This document shows positions 43,688 to 56,204 of a stretch of 64,000 bases of DNA, one piece after another. This DNA is from an uncultured Hormoscilla sp. Lineage in GTDB: Bacteria; Cyanobacteriota; Cyanobacteriia; Cyanobacteriales; Desertifilaceae. Both the position numbers and the translations under genes were made by a program. The stretch is from assembly GCA_963921275.4 (NCBI GenBank), contig OZ001293.3:6720001-6784000 (forward strand), read 5' to 3'. Every line of letters begins with the position of its first letter. The stretch's first letter is position 1. Under the pieces are notes generated by a model. It had not been told where the DNA came from, did not search any database, and saw nothing but the letters and a program-made list of their open reading frames with translations.

Positions 43688-43987
43688 AACTCAGACAGCT
43701 TCTGCTTATGAGCGATCGCATCGGATAGCCGAATGAGGCGCAGTCTTCCATCCTGAATGAAAGAAATTTCCCCATCGTCAAGCAATTTATTCACATATTG
43801 CACCTGAGAACCGAGCAAAGCAGCAGCTTGCCAGGTTGTCAATGGATCGTGAAAGATAACAGTACTCACGCCATTGCCCCGCTAATTCTATTTCTTAACC
43901 TTCTGGACTGACAAGTCGTGGCAACTGCGATCCATTACTCAGTCCATTCAACAACTGGGACAATGAAGCCAACTCCGCGAGTTCTTG

Positions 43988-44111
43988 AGGAGCATCTCAG
44001 TTTTGTAATTTAGCCCGCGCAGGCGGGCTTTGTTCGTGTAGCCGGGCCCCTCGTTCCCACGGCTCCGCCTGGGAACGGGTTCGGGCGGCGACGCAAATAT
44101 GAGATGCACCT
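43988..44111. mobile_element. 124-bp MITE
   Basis: AGGAGCATCTCA / TGAGATGCACCT TIR; 8-bp TSD AGTTCTTG; shares an 80-bp core with the 43523 element. Confidence 0.8.
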
Positions 44112-44472
44112 AGTTCTTGTTCTGTTGCCACTATAGGTTCGAGCTTGATGTCACTAGAATTCATCTGCTTACTCAAAATGCGTTTGCTATCTATTCTATA
44201 CCTGTGTTCTGGCGCCAGATGAGTTTTGAACAGGTAAATTTATGACTTTAACACCACCGACAGCAGACCCAAGATTGCTCTATTAATTAAACTAAAAAAG
44301 AGCAGTCGCCAGCGGGGCACAAAACAATGAGGATGAAAGTACACAAGCAGGAAAACTTGGTGTTGACAAACCAAAGTTCGGAAGTTCTAGTCGAGCGAGC
44401 CTGGCCAATAATAGCCGCCCTACCCATTCCTGTAAGTGACAGAAATCACATTTAGTCGGTGACGCTCCATAC

Positions 44473-44567
44473 CCGAGCCGAAGTCGAGCCGAAGTCGAGC
44501 CGAAGTCGAGCCGAGGTCGAGCCGAGACCGAGCCATTAGCGAGCCATATACGAGCCGTAGTCGAGCG
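44473..44567. repeat. 11-bp tandem repeat GTCGAGCCGAA (longer array at 55379-55506)
   Basis: Direct inspection. Confidence 0.8.
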
Positions 44568-45263
44568 ATAACCCCGCCTAATGGACTCCCTCCTTACCTG
44601 GAGCCTGCTCTCAGCCCATTCTCAACGCACTGGACCATATCCCCACCCTAGCCTCGCCATAATATATATACCCTCGCCAGGGAGCCCTGGGCGACAACCG
44701 GCACCCCATACCCCAATAAACAAAGCTTAAGTGTAGCAACCTTTTTAACAAATAGAAACCCCCATAAATGAACGCGATCGCCTGAATAAAAGCTCTCTTA
44801 TACTTAGAGTAATTTCCAATATAAATTCTGACAAAGCAAGCTGTACTAGCTGAAATATTTACCGGTTAAGAGAGCAAATATTGCTCTACTCTATCAACCA
44901 CTTTTAATCGCACCCATTCTCCCATTCTCTACTATCAGAGAAAGCAATGTTATCGCTTGGCTCCAATTGCCACCAGTAATGTTGTAAATTGGGTTTCGTG
45001 CTGCCATGCCGGAGATGCCCTGTTATGCCGGAGATGCACGGGTTGGGTTTCGTTCTCCAGACCCAACCTACGAACGGATCCATCCCTATTTTGTGATTAA
45101 GCCCGCCCGGACTTAGTTCATGGCCGGAGATGCACGGGTTGGGTTTCGTTCTCCAGACCAAACCCACGAACGGGTGCATTGAAGAGAGGAAATTACAGGC
45201 TTGAGTTTAGCAACTTGTTCGCAAATGGTATCATACTAAGGAACCTCACATTTGTCACAAACT

Positions 45264-45496
45264 ATGCATCCAGCCAGTGGCGTCATTATCTGTTTAGCTT
45301 ATATTCTGGGCTTGCTATCTACCGCCAGCCCTTGGGGAGGGTATACAGTCCTAGTTCTGGGAGTCGCCGCCGCCGCGTGTAGATTCTGGCGCATGGGACC
45401 GAAACCTGGTATCTGGCTAACAGCAGGACTGGTAGGATTGTTAGCAAGTTTCTATTTGCCAATGCGGGTGCCCCAACCCCTGGACAATGATATCAG
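45264..45496 (+). pseudogene. comEC: 5' fragment of comEC truncated at the duplication junction
   Basis: Near-identical to 56205-56437 up to PLDNDI. Confidence 0.9.
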
Positions 45497-45613
45497 ACAA
45501 AAAAACACTCCCGCAGGCTTGGCCACAGGAATGTTATATACTGGTAGAGTTATGGAGACTCAACCAGTAGAAATCAATTATGGGCATTCTAGAATCTCTC
45601 GGCATTAATATTA

Positions 45614-46625
45614 ACCTAAGTTGCGACCTATTAAAAAAAATATGAATTACCCACTTAGACTTTACAGATATTTGGGATATTTCATAGCTTTTGATACAAA
45701 ATTATATTTTTTTTGTGCTAGACGGCGGGTTGGCTGTTTATAGGTTATAATGTACTAAAATAATAGTTAATTGCTGGGGGATGTAGATGATGGAAGATAT
45801 GATTACAACAATTTTTGTTCTTTGTGACGAGCTACTAAAAGCGTTAAATATAAAAGAAGATCCACAAGTAAAAATGAACAATGCCGAAGTGATGACAGTC
45901 GGATTAGTTGCTGCATATTTTTTCGGAGGACACCACGATCGCTCTTGTCAATTTATGGTCGAACACAAGTATATAAAAAATCTGTTAAGTAAAAGTAGGT
46001 TCAATCGTCGATTACACAATATTGAGGAACCAATTTGGATGTTTTTCTTCCAAGTTATAGCTCAAACATTTAAAGAGCTCAATCCGGGTCAAGAATATAT
46101 TCTTGATAGTTTCCCGGTGCCAGTATGTGATAATATTAGGATTGATAGATGCCAAATTTATAACAAGGAAGAATATCGAGGGTATATTGCCAGTAAAAAA
46201 CGTTATTTTTATGGATTAAGAGTTCATATGTTGGTAAACAAAAATGGAAAGCCAATAGAATTTTATCTAGATCCTGGTAGTTATAATGATGTTAAAGTTT
46301 TGCAATCTTTTGGCTTTGACTTACCATCAAATTCAATAGTTTATGGAGATAAAGCTTATAATGATTATCAATTAGAGGATTTACTAAAAGAGTCGTCAAG
46401 TATAATGTTAAAACCTTTGCGAAAAAAGAACTCAAAAAGAAAAGAATCTTCTTGTTTTGAATATATACAAAAAGTAACAAAAAAACAAGTTGAAACCTGT
46501 TTTAGTCGAATCACAAATTTGTTTTCCAAGTCAATTCATGCTGTTACATCTAAGGGATTAGAGTTGAAAATAATTCTCTTTATCATAGCTTTTTGTATCC
46601 AATTTTTATAGGTCGCAACTTGAGT
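45614..46625 (+). mobile_element. IS982-family insertion sequence (1012 bp)
   Basis: TIRs ACCTAAGTTGCGACCTAT / ATAGGTCGCAACTTGAGT; 8-bp TSD TAATATTA; empty site visible at about 28608 in copy 1; AT-rich. Confidence 0.92.
45787..46611 (+). CDS. IS982-family DDE transposase
   Basis: LSKSRFNRRL, ILDSFPVPVC, YFYGLRVH, GDKAY, VETCFS. Confidence 0.9.
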   Translation: MMEDMITTIFVLCDELLKALNIKEDPQVKMNNAEVMTVGLVAAYFFGGHHDRSCQFMVEHKYIKNLLSKSRFNRRLHNIEEPIWMFFFQVIAQTFKELNPGQEYILDSFPVPVCDNIRIDRCQIYNKEEYRGYIASKKRYFYGLRVHMLVNKNGKPIEFYLDPGSYNDVKVLQSFGFDLPSNSIVYGDKAYNDYQLEDLLKESSSIMLKPLRKKNSKRKESSCFEYIQKVTKKQVETCFSRITNLFSKSIHAVTSKGLELKIILFIIAFCIQFL

Positions 46626-46647
46626 TAATATTATTACCACAGAGTCA

Positions 46648-47052
46648 GAAGTTAACCGCAAAGATGTCCTGCAACTGCTACGGGAAATACAATATTACTA
46701 GCGCAGTCGCCGCATTCGTCAAGGACATGCCCGCAAACGCCTGCAAGGTAAACCGCCACCGGGTAAAGTACCCTACGGATACAAGCGGGGTAAAAATAGC
46801 TATGCGATCGATCGGGCGGCGGCGCCAGTAGTGAAGGATTTTTTTGCACAATTTCTGCTGTATGGTTCTTTGCGAGGTGCGGTGCGCTATTTGGAGAAGA
46901 GATATGGCAAGAAGATATCGGTTTCTACAGGACGGCGGTGGCTGACTAACCCCGTGTATCGGGGGGATACGGCTTTCCGAGATGGTGAGATTATCTCGGA
47001 TACCTATGTAGCAATTATTTTACGAGAAGAGGCGGCCCAGGTAGTAAATTAG
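46648..47052 (+). pseudogene. Second copy of the serine recombinase-like fragment
   Basis: Near-identical to 28630-29034. Confidence 0.7.
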
Positions 47053-47124
47053 GGGGGCCGAGCTGCGGGAACCGCAAGATTTGACGACCACAATTCGTCC
47101 CCTGCAATGCTGCGGTGCTGAGCT

Positions 47125-50100
47125 CTAGGTCGGTAGGAGAGGAGTGCTATTCTGATCGCTCACGTAAATCTTTGAAATCCCCTGTAGGGTGACCAGGGTG
47201 TCCCTTTCAAAGTTAATCAAGGTATCTAGGCCCTGATAGACGTGAGCCAAATCTACCGTTCCGGAAAAATCGCGTCCAACCCGATCGCGTTCAGCCCCGT
47301 CCGTATAATCTTCAAAGTCTATGATAGTACCATCATGTCCGACTCCAGAACAAAAATATTGGCCTCTGATCCTTCGTAGAGACGATCGCTTCCATGGTTT
47401 CCGTAGACGCGATCTCTTCCATGGTTTCCGTAGACGCGATCTCTTCCCTCCCTGCCGATCAGAGTGTCCTCCTCCTCCTTCTCAAAGAGTGATAAAGTTA
47501 GGGGTTGGGGGTTGAGAGTTAGGGATTGACGAGTATTGCTGAAGTTAAGGTCGGTAGGAGAGGAGTTGACATTGTTGACATTAATAGTAAAAGCCTCCGA
47601 GTAACTAAGCCCACCAGCATCAGTAGTCTGGACGCGGATGCTGTAACTGGACTGGGTCTCAAAGTCAGGGGAACTGTTAATTTGCAGTGAGTTCCCTTCT
47701 ATGGTGAAGGCGTCGTTATCATCGGCATCAGCGCCTCCGACTAACTGGTAGGTAAAGGTATCGGAAGAGTCAGGATCGGTAGTTGAGAAAGTCCCTACGA
47801 CTGCATTATCAGGGGAGTTAGAATCAATGCTGCTGCTGCTAATGACTAGGTCGGTAGGAGACTCGCCGACATCGTTGACATTAATAGTCAAGACCTCCTC
47901 AAAACTATTACTAGCAGAGTCAGTAGTCTGGACGCGGAGGCTGTAACTGGACTGAGTCTCAAAGTCCAAAGAACTGTTAGTTAGCAGTTGGTCCCCTACT
48001 ATAGTAAAGGCATTGTTGCCCGATCCAAGCATGTAGGTAAAGCTATCTCCCTCGTCGGGGTCAGTAGTAGACAAAGTCCCCACAACTGCACCCAATGGAG
48101 AGTTAGAATCAATGCTGCTGCTGCTAAGGACTAGGTCGGTAGGAGACTCGCCGACATCGTTGACGCTAATAGTCAAGGCTTCTGAGTAACTGTTCCCAGT
48201 AGAGTCAGTAGTCTGGACGCCGATGCTGTAACTCGATTTTCTCTCAAAGTCAGGGGAACTGTTAATTTGCAGTGAGTTCCCTTCTATGGTGAAGGCGTCG
48301 TTATCATCGGCACTAGCGCCTCCGACTAACTGGTAGGTAAAGGTATCGGAAGAGTCAGGATCGGTAGTTGAGAAAGTCCCTACGACTGCATTATCAGGGG
48401 AGTTAGAATCAATGCTGCTGCTGCTAATGACTAGGTCGGTAGGAGACTCGCCGACATCGTTGACATTAATAGTCAAGACCTCCTCAAAACTATTACTAGC
48501 AGAGTCAGTAGTCTGGACGCGGAGGCTGTAACTGGACTGAGTCTCAAAGTCCAAAGAACTGTTAGTTAGCAGTTGGTCCCCTACTATAGTAAAGGCATTG
48601 TTGCCCGATCCAAGCATGTAGGTAAAGCTATCTCCCTCGTCGGGGTCAGTAGTAGACAAAGTCCCCACAACTGCACCCAATGGAGAGTTAGAATCAATGC
48701 TGCTGCTGCTAAGGACTAGGTCGGTAGGAGACTCGCCGACATCGTTGACGCTAATAGTCAAGGCTTCTGAGTAACTGTTCCCAGTAGAGTCAGTAGTCTG
48801 GACGCCGATGCTGTAACTCGATTTTCTCTCAAAGTCAGGGGAACTGTTAATTTGCAGTGAGTTCCCTTCTATGGTGAAGGCGTCGTTATCATCGGCACTA
48901 GCGCCTCCGACTAACTGGTAGGTAAAGGTATCGGAAGAGTCAGGATCGGTAGTTGAGAAAGTCCCTACGACTGCATTATCAGGGGAGTTAGAATCAATGC
49001 TGCTGCTGCTAATGACTAGGTCGGTAGGAGACTCGCCGACATCGTTGACATTAATAGTCAAGACCTCCTCAAAACTATTACTAGCAGAGTCAGTAGTCTG
49101 GACGCGGAGGCTGTAACTGGACTGAGTCTCAAAGTCCAAAGAACTGTTAGTTAGCAGTTGGTCCCCTACTATAGTAAAGGCATTGTTGCCCGATCCAAGC
49201 ATGTAGGTAAAGCTATCTCCCTCGTCGGGGTCAGTAGTAGACAAAGTCCCCACAACTGCACCCAATGGAGAGTTAGAATCAATGCTGCTGCTGCTAAGGA
49301 CTAGGTCGGTAGGAGACTCGCCGACATCGTTGACGCTAATAGTCAAGGCTTCTGAGTAACTGTTCCCAGTAGAGTCAGTAGTCTGGACGCCGATGCTGTA
49401 ACTCGATTTTCTCTCAAAGTCAGGGGAACTGTTAATTTGCAGTGAGTTCCCTTCTATGGTGAAGGCGTCGTTATCATCGGCACTAGCGCCTCCGACTAAC
49501 TGGTAGGTAAAGGTATCGGAAGAGTCAGGATCAGTAGTTGAGAAAGTCCCTACGACTGCATTATCAGGGGAGTTAGAATCAATGCTGCTGCTGCTAAGGA
49601 CTAGGTCGGTAGGAGAGGAGTTGACATTGTTGACATTAATAGTAAAAGCCTCCGAGTAACTAAGCCCACCAGCATCAGTAGTCTGGACGCGGATGCTGTA
49701 ACTGGACTGAGTCTCAAAGTCCAAAGAACTGTTAGTTAGCAGTTGGTCCCCTACTATAGTAAAGGCATTGTTGCCGGAGACAAGCATGTAGGTAAAGCTA
49801 TCTCCCTCGTTGGGATCGGTAGTAGAGAAAGTCCCTACGACTGCACCCAATGGAGAGTTAGAATCAATGCTGCTGTTGCTGAGTTCTAGATCGGTAGGAG
49901 GGGAGTTCTCTATAACAATGTCAAAGGTATCTGTCCCTCGATTTCTCGCTCCGTCGATGGCGGCTACCGTCACGGTAAAGGTGTCTGCGGTAGTAGGGGT
50001 ACCGCTGATAACTCCCCGACTGTTGATCGTTACGCCCCCTGGTAAACCGGTAGCTGTGTAATTGTCGATGTTGTTATTGATGTCGCCGAAATTTGCGCTA

Positions 50101-51290
50101 ATGTCTATGTTGAGGTTATTACCTAGCAAGAGTTGGACGTCGGGAATCTCGGTTAAAACATAAGGGGGGTTTTCCAATCGCTTTAAGACCCTCAAATCTA
50201 GAACCTCTTGGGGGATGCTGCCAGTCAGTTGGTTGTCGGACAGCTGGAGAAACTCCAAATTGGAAAGATTCCCTAACTCCGTCGGGATGCTGCCAGTCAG
50301 TTGGTTGGAGTACAGCTGGAGACGAATCAAATTGGAAAGATTCCCTAACTCCGTCGGGATGCTGCCAGTCAGTTGGTTGGAGTACAGAAAGAGAAATCGC
50401 AAATTGGAAAGATTCCCTAACTCCGTCGGGATGCTGCCAGTCAGTTGGTTGGAGTACAGCTGGAGACGAATCAAATTGGAAAGATTCCCTAACTCCGTCG
50501 GGATGCTGCCAGTCAGTTGGTTGTCGGACAGCCAGAGATCCTCCAAATTGGAAAGATTCCCTAACTCCGTCGGGATGCTGCCAGTCAGTTGGTTGTCGGA
50601 CAGCAAGAGCAAAGTCACCCTGCCGTTAGCTACCGTCACCCCACGCCAACCATTAACAACAGAAGCATCGGGGGGAGTTGGGCTGTTGAAATTCCAGTCC
50701 CGCCAGCCTGTATTGTTCGTCCAAGAAGCCCCATTGGTGCTTTGATAGAGAGCCCTTAAGGCCTGATACTCCTGCTGGGAGATGGTCAATATGCCCCCAT
50801 AGGCCATCTGAGCTTCTGCGGACAATGCTAAGGGAGTTTTCATCCCCGGAGTTCGCCACTCCAACTTCCAATTTCCGCCCCGGGCTGCTGCCCCTGTCCG
50901 GGTAGTAGAGGCGGCGAGGGATGCCCCGGTCAGGGCCTGTAGCTTAGTCATCAACTCCTCTCCTGCATCTCCGGCGGCGACGTTACAGCCGTAGAGTAGG
51001 AGTTGTTTTACCTTCCACTTCTGCAGGGTAGAGGCGTAATCTCCTAGAGGATCTAAACTCAGTTGGGAGTTTCCCAGATACAGACAGCCAGGGCTGCCGT
51101 GGGAGAGTAGGTGCAGAACTTCTGTTTCTTTATGCTGTTGGAGAAGTTCGCCGATCTGTTTGATGCCATCGGACCGAAGGTCTAAGAGGAAAGATTTGGC
51201 CCCAGGCCGGATGCCGTCTATAAGCTGCTGGTAGTTTTCTAGGGAGGCATCCACTACTACCATAGTGTTGGCATTGGTATTATGTTTCAT
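47125..51290 (-). CDS. DUF4347-LRR-Ig-cadherin repeat surface protein, paralog A (ORF 47319-51290; 1-bp deletion near 47330 shifts the tail)
   Basis: 1323-aa ORF; DUF4347, 5 full LRR units, 4 x 585-bp double-cadherin units, RTX-like GxxGxDxLY tail. Confidence 0.88.
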
Positions 51291-51928
51291 TTTTTGGTTT
51301 CTCTTGTATTTTTCTGTAGAGGTGCTGGTGTAATACTAGCCCGACTATCGTCATATTTCTGACTTACGCCGGAACGAGTGGCACGTTTGTTTATTATAAC
51401 TCAAGTGTTGGTTACCGGCGACATTGGTAACATTTCCTGCTTTAACTACAGTCATTAAAACATATTTTACGGAAATTATCAAATTTATTTGCTACTATAC
51501 CGTCGGAGTTGGGTGTCTTTCAATTTAACCCATATTTCGCAACCTCATACCCCAGCAGGTTTCCTCCGACGCTGGCTTTCTTCGTCTACGATTCTTATAC
51601 GAAATGAATCACTTGCTGTTGCTGAAAAGCGGTCTTTTATATCTACCGGCCCCATTTGTTTCACGCTTCCCATACATAGAGTCCCCCGACTGAGTCAGGC
51701 ACTTCCCCGACTGAGTGCGGCACTTTACCTCAGTAGTCAGGCACTTCCCCGTGCTTCTTTTCTATCGATGTCCTCCCCATCGCAGAAGATTGCCAAAGTA
51801 GGAGGTAGAGGGTCGGAGCTTTCAACTAGATCGTCCTTTCGATGCCTACCTACCGCGCTCCCCTCCCGCACGGCGAAAACTCGGAAGGCATCGCTCAGAC
51901 CTCGCGGTTCCCCCAATCGTGGTAAACT

Positions 51929-53396
51929 TCAATTAACCACAGTGAAATCATCGACATTAATCAGGGTCTCATCAATCCCCGGAAGGGTGGCGATGGTTTT
52001 CGATTCAAAATTAATCCAGGTATCGAGGCCCTAAGAACCTCCTGCTAGCCTGATAAAGTCCGTGCCATCTTCAAAGTCTATGATAGTACCCATCATGTCC
52101 GACTCCAGAACAAAAATATTGGCCTCTGATCCTTCGTAGAGACGATCGCTTCCATGGTTTCCGTAGACGCGATCTCTTCCCTCCCCGCCGATCAGAGTGT
52201 CCTCCTCCTCCTTCTCAAAGAGTGATAAAGTTAGGGGTTGTGGGTTGAAAGTTAGGGGTTGACGAGTATTGCTGAAGTTAAGGTCAGTAGGAGACTCGGC
52301 AACATTGTTCACATTAATAATCAAAGCCTCCGAGTAACTGGCCCCAGTAACGTCAATAGTCTGAACGCGGACGCTGTAACTCGATCTCATCTCCAAAGCC
52401 GGAGAACTATTAATTAGCAATTGGTCCCCTACTATAGTGAAAGCAGCGTTATCATCCTCACCAAAACCAGAGATTAACCCGTAGGTAAAAGTATTTCCCC
52501 CGTCCGGATCGCTAGTTCCGAAAGTCCCCACGATCGCACCCACACGGGAATTAGAATTAATGCTGCCATTACTAAGAACTATATCAGTAGGAGACTCAGC
52601 AACATTGTTCACATTAATAATCAAAGCCTCCAAGTAACTGTTCCCAGTCGAGTCGGTAGTCTGAACGAATATCCTGTAAATCTCCTGAGTCTCAAAATCC
52701 GGAGAACTGTTAATTCGCAGTTGGTCCCCCACTATAGTGAAAGCAGCATTATCATCGTCACCCTCGCCCGAGACTAACTGGTAAGTAAAAGTATCTCCAT
52801 TATCGGGATCGCTAGTAGACAAAGTCCCCACAACTGCACCCTCAGGGGAATCTTCATTGATGCTGCTGCTGCTAAGGACTAGGTCGGTAGGAGACTCGCC
52901 GACATCGTTGACGTTAATAATCAAGACCTCCGAGTAACTGGCCCCAGTCGAGTCAGTAGTCTGGACGCGGAGGCTGTAACTCGACTGAGTCTCAAAGTCA
53001 GGAGAACTGTTAATTCGCAGTTGGTTCCCTACTATGGTGAAGGCATTGTTGCCCGAGACAAGCATGTAGGTAAAGCTATCTCCCTCGTCGGGGTCAGTAG
53101 TTCCGAAAGTCCCCACGACAGTATTGGCTGGGGAGTTTTCGTTGATATTGATGAGTATCTAAACTCAATTGGGAGTTTCCCAGATACAGACAGCCAGGGC
53201 TGCCGTGGGAAAGTAGGTGCAGGACTTCTGTTTCCTTATGCTGTTGGAGAAGTTCGCTGATCTGTTTGATGCCATCGGACCGAAGGTCTAAGAGGAAAGA
53301 TTTGGCCCCAGGCCGGATGCCGTCTATAAGCTGCTGGTAGTTTTCTAGGGAGGCATCCACTACTACGATGGTGTTGGTAAAAGATTTATGCTTCAT
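51929..53396 (-). pseudogene. Paralog B with internal deletion (partial DUF4347 fused out of frame to cadherin domains)
   Basis: MKHKSFTN...LSLDT| junction at about 53152 into cadherin repeats; TAG at 52031 before the C-terminal DFTVVN*. Confidence 0.8.
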
Positions 53397-53428
53397 TTTT
53401 TGGTTGCTGAATTGATTTTTCTGTCGAG

Positions 53429-53757
53429 GTGCCGGTTCGCATTGCTGGGCTTCAAGACGTTTCAAAACCCGTTCGTCAGCATCATAAGCTTTGTCTGCGA
53501 GTAACGCATCAGCAGCATAGACAAATAAGCGGTTATCCTTAGCTGTCCCCCCACATAACCCTCCCGACCTGGCAATAGATCCCTGATTCTCTCCCACCGG
53601 TCATCTCTTAAAGCATAGCGACGCATTTCTAAAATTCTCCTGCTCTAACCTTTACCCTCTTATATAACACCAATATATCCTGGTTGTCAACTCAATCATC
53701 TTGTTATATATTTTTGGTGGGGACCCATATCGTTAATCTAACTGATGACACGCCCTA
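53429..53757 (-). mobile_element. IS5-family remnant, second copy
   Basis: Matches 33050-33346 with about 30 extra bp. Confidence 0.78.
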
Positions 53758-53903
53758 GATCTCGTAGAGGAAATATTGAGCACACTCCGTTCGCGCAGCG
53801 TGGCGCAGCCATAAGCGTATTTAGTTTGGCTTAGGCTAACGCGCAGCGTGGCGCAGCCATAGAGATGGTTCCTACTATGTTCTGGGCAGACAGCGGTGAC
53901 TCC

Positions 53904-54496
53904 TTAGAATGGGACTGTTGGGAGCGGAGGTGCGACCGGTGGAAGCGGGAACGGGTACTCTCAAGGATGCTACGTCGGAAGCTATTCGGGACTGGGTGAC
54001 GAATGTGGAGACTACCCATTACATCTTGGGTTCTGTAGCTGGCCCCCATCCTTACCCGATGATGGTGCGGGACTTCCATGCAGTTATTGGTCAGGAAACT
54101 CGCGCTCAAGCAATGGCTTTATGGGGCGAACTGCCCGATCTTCTCCTAGCTTGCGTGGGCGGCGGTTCTAATGCCATGGGGTTGTTCCATGAGTTTGTCG
54201 AAGAGCGTGAGGTGCGACTGATCGGCGTTGAGGCGGCGGGTGCAGGAGTTGATACTGATAAACATGCTGCTACCCTGACTCGGGGACGAGTAGGAGTCTT
54301 GCATGGGGCCATGAGCTATCTGTTACAAGATGAAGATGGTCAAGTGGTGGAGGCCCACTCGATTAGTGCTGGTCTGGATTATCCTGGCGTTGGTCCGGAA
54401 CATAGTTATCTCCAAGATACGGGTCGGGCCGAGTATCATAGCGTGACCGACCCGCAGGCTGTGGATGCTTTTGAGCTGCTGTCTCGCTTAGAGGGC
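53904..54496 (+). pseudogene. trpB: Internal fragment of trpB (copy of 34336-34928)
   Basis: Near-identical DNA; both ends removed by deletions. Confidence 0.9.
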
Positions 54497-55082
54497 TCCA
54501 AACCATATCCAGTAGAAGGAATTTCCCCATCTTTCAGCAGTTGCACCAGATGCTGTCGCGGCACATCAAGTAACTTAGTAGCTTCCCAAATTGGTAATGA
54601 ATCGTGAAAGATAACAGTCATCACGCCATTGCCCCGCGCTAACTGATACAACTGCTGACGCAGCAAGCGCAATACAGACGCAGGCAGTTCAATTTCTTCA
54701 CCCTCTGGGGTGACAAATCGTGGCAACTGCGAGCCATTACTCAGTCCCTTCAACAACTGGGACAATGAAGCCAAGTCAGCGAGTTCTTGTTCTGTTGCCA
54801 CTACAGGCCGAACTCTTGACTCATTCGAGCCAACTCTTCTATACCCCGCCGATGCAACTCAGACGGATGTGGTCATAAGTAGTTGATAGCCAAGTGCATC
54901 GCCCGATACATGTATATAGCCCGCGCAGGCGGGCTTTGTTCATGTAGCCGGGCCCCTCGTTCCCACGGCTCCGCCTGGGAACGGGTTCGGGCGGCGACGC
55001 AAATATGAGATGCACCTAGTTCTTGTTCTGTTGCCACTATAGGTTCGAGCTTGATGTCACTAGAATTCATCTGCTTACTCAA
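54495..55082 (-). pseudogene. Remnants of excisionase-HTH paralogs 3 and 4 with a hybrid MITE (about 54865-55017)
   Basis: Matches 43153-44176 with the segment between the two MITE cores deleted. Confidence 0.8.
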
Positions 55083-56204
55083 AATGCGTTTGCTATCTAT
55101 TCTATACCTGTGTTCTGGCGCCAGATGAGTTTTGAACAGGTAAATTTATGACTTTAACACCACCGACAGCAGACCCAAGATTGCTCTACCAATTAAACTA
55201 AAAAAGAGCAGTCGCCAGCGGGGCACAAAACAATGAGGATGAAAGTACACAAGCAGGAAAACTTGGTGTTGACAAACCAAAGTTCGGAAGTTCTAGTCCA
55301 GCGAGCCTGGCCCATAATAGCTGCCCTACCCATTCCTGTAAGTGACAGAAATCACATTTAGTCGGTGACGCTCCATACCCGAGCCGAGGTCGAGCCGAAG
55401 TCGAGCCGAAGTCGAGCCGAAGTCGAGCCGAGGTCGAGCCGAGACCGAGCCATTAGCGAGCCGAGACCGAGCCATTAGCGAGCCATATACGAGCCGTAGT
55501 CGAGCGATAACCCCGCCTAATGGACTCCCTCCTTACCTGGAGCCTGCTCTCAGCCCATTCTCAACGCACTGGACCATATCCCCACCCTAGCCTCGCCATA
55601 ATATATATACCCTCGCCAGGGAGCCCTGGGCGACAACTGGCACCCCATACCCCCAATAAACAAAGCTTAAGTGTAGCAACCTTTTTAACAAATAGAAACC
55701 CCCATAAATGAACGCGATCTCCTGAATAAAAGCTCTCTTATACTTAGAGTAATTTCCAATATAAATTCTGACAAAGCAAGCTGTACTAGCTGAAATATTT
55801 ACCGGTTAAGAGAGCAAATATTGCTCTACTCTATCAACCACTTTTAATCGCACCCATTCTCCCATTCTCTACTATCAGAGAAAGCAATGTTATCGCTCGG
55901 CTCCAATTGCCACCAGTAATGTTGTAAATTGGGTTTCGTGCTGCCATGCCGGAGATGTCCTGCCATGCCGGAGATGCACGGGTTGGGTTTCGTTCTCCAG
56001 ACCCAACCTACGAACGGATCCATCCCTATTTTGTGATTAAGCCCGCCCGGACTTAGTTCATGGCCGGAGATGCACGGGTTGGGTTTCGTTCTCCAGACCA
56101 AACCCACGAATGGGTGCATTGAAGAGAGGAAATTACAGGCTTGAGTTTAGCAACCTTGTTTGCAAATGGTATCATACTAAGGAACCTCACACCTGTCACA
56201 AACT

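Larger units (their letters stand above)
43459..44176 (-). pseudogene. Excisionase-family HTH protein, paralog 4, disrupted by two MITEs
   Basis: MNSSDIKLEPIVATEQE|...|...LTTWQAAALLGSQVQY...KLSE|...|LHRRGIEELARMSQEFGL*. Confidence 0.8.
28497..45496 (+). repeat. Tandem duplication, copy 1
   Basis: Sequence from 28497 restarts at 45495 (AG microhomology) in the middle of a comEC 5' fragment. Confidence 0.85.

Noticed and set aside
44904..45180. 91-aa ORF upstream of comEC (also 55844-56119)
   Set aside because: Built from two copies of a REP-like repeat (GAGATGCACGGGTTGGGTTTCGTTCTCCAGACC); probably non-coding
47560..49900. 585-bp tandem repeats as a mobile element
   Set aside because: They are in-frame double-cadherin units; copy number may be unreliable in the assembly
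51760..51915. GC-rich, possibly structured intergenic stretch between the adhesin paralogs
   Set aside because: No riboswitch or ncRNA motif I can recognise; needs an Rfam scan
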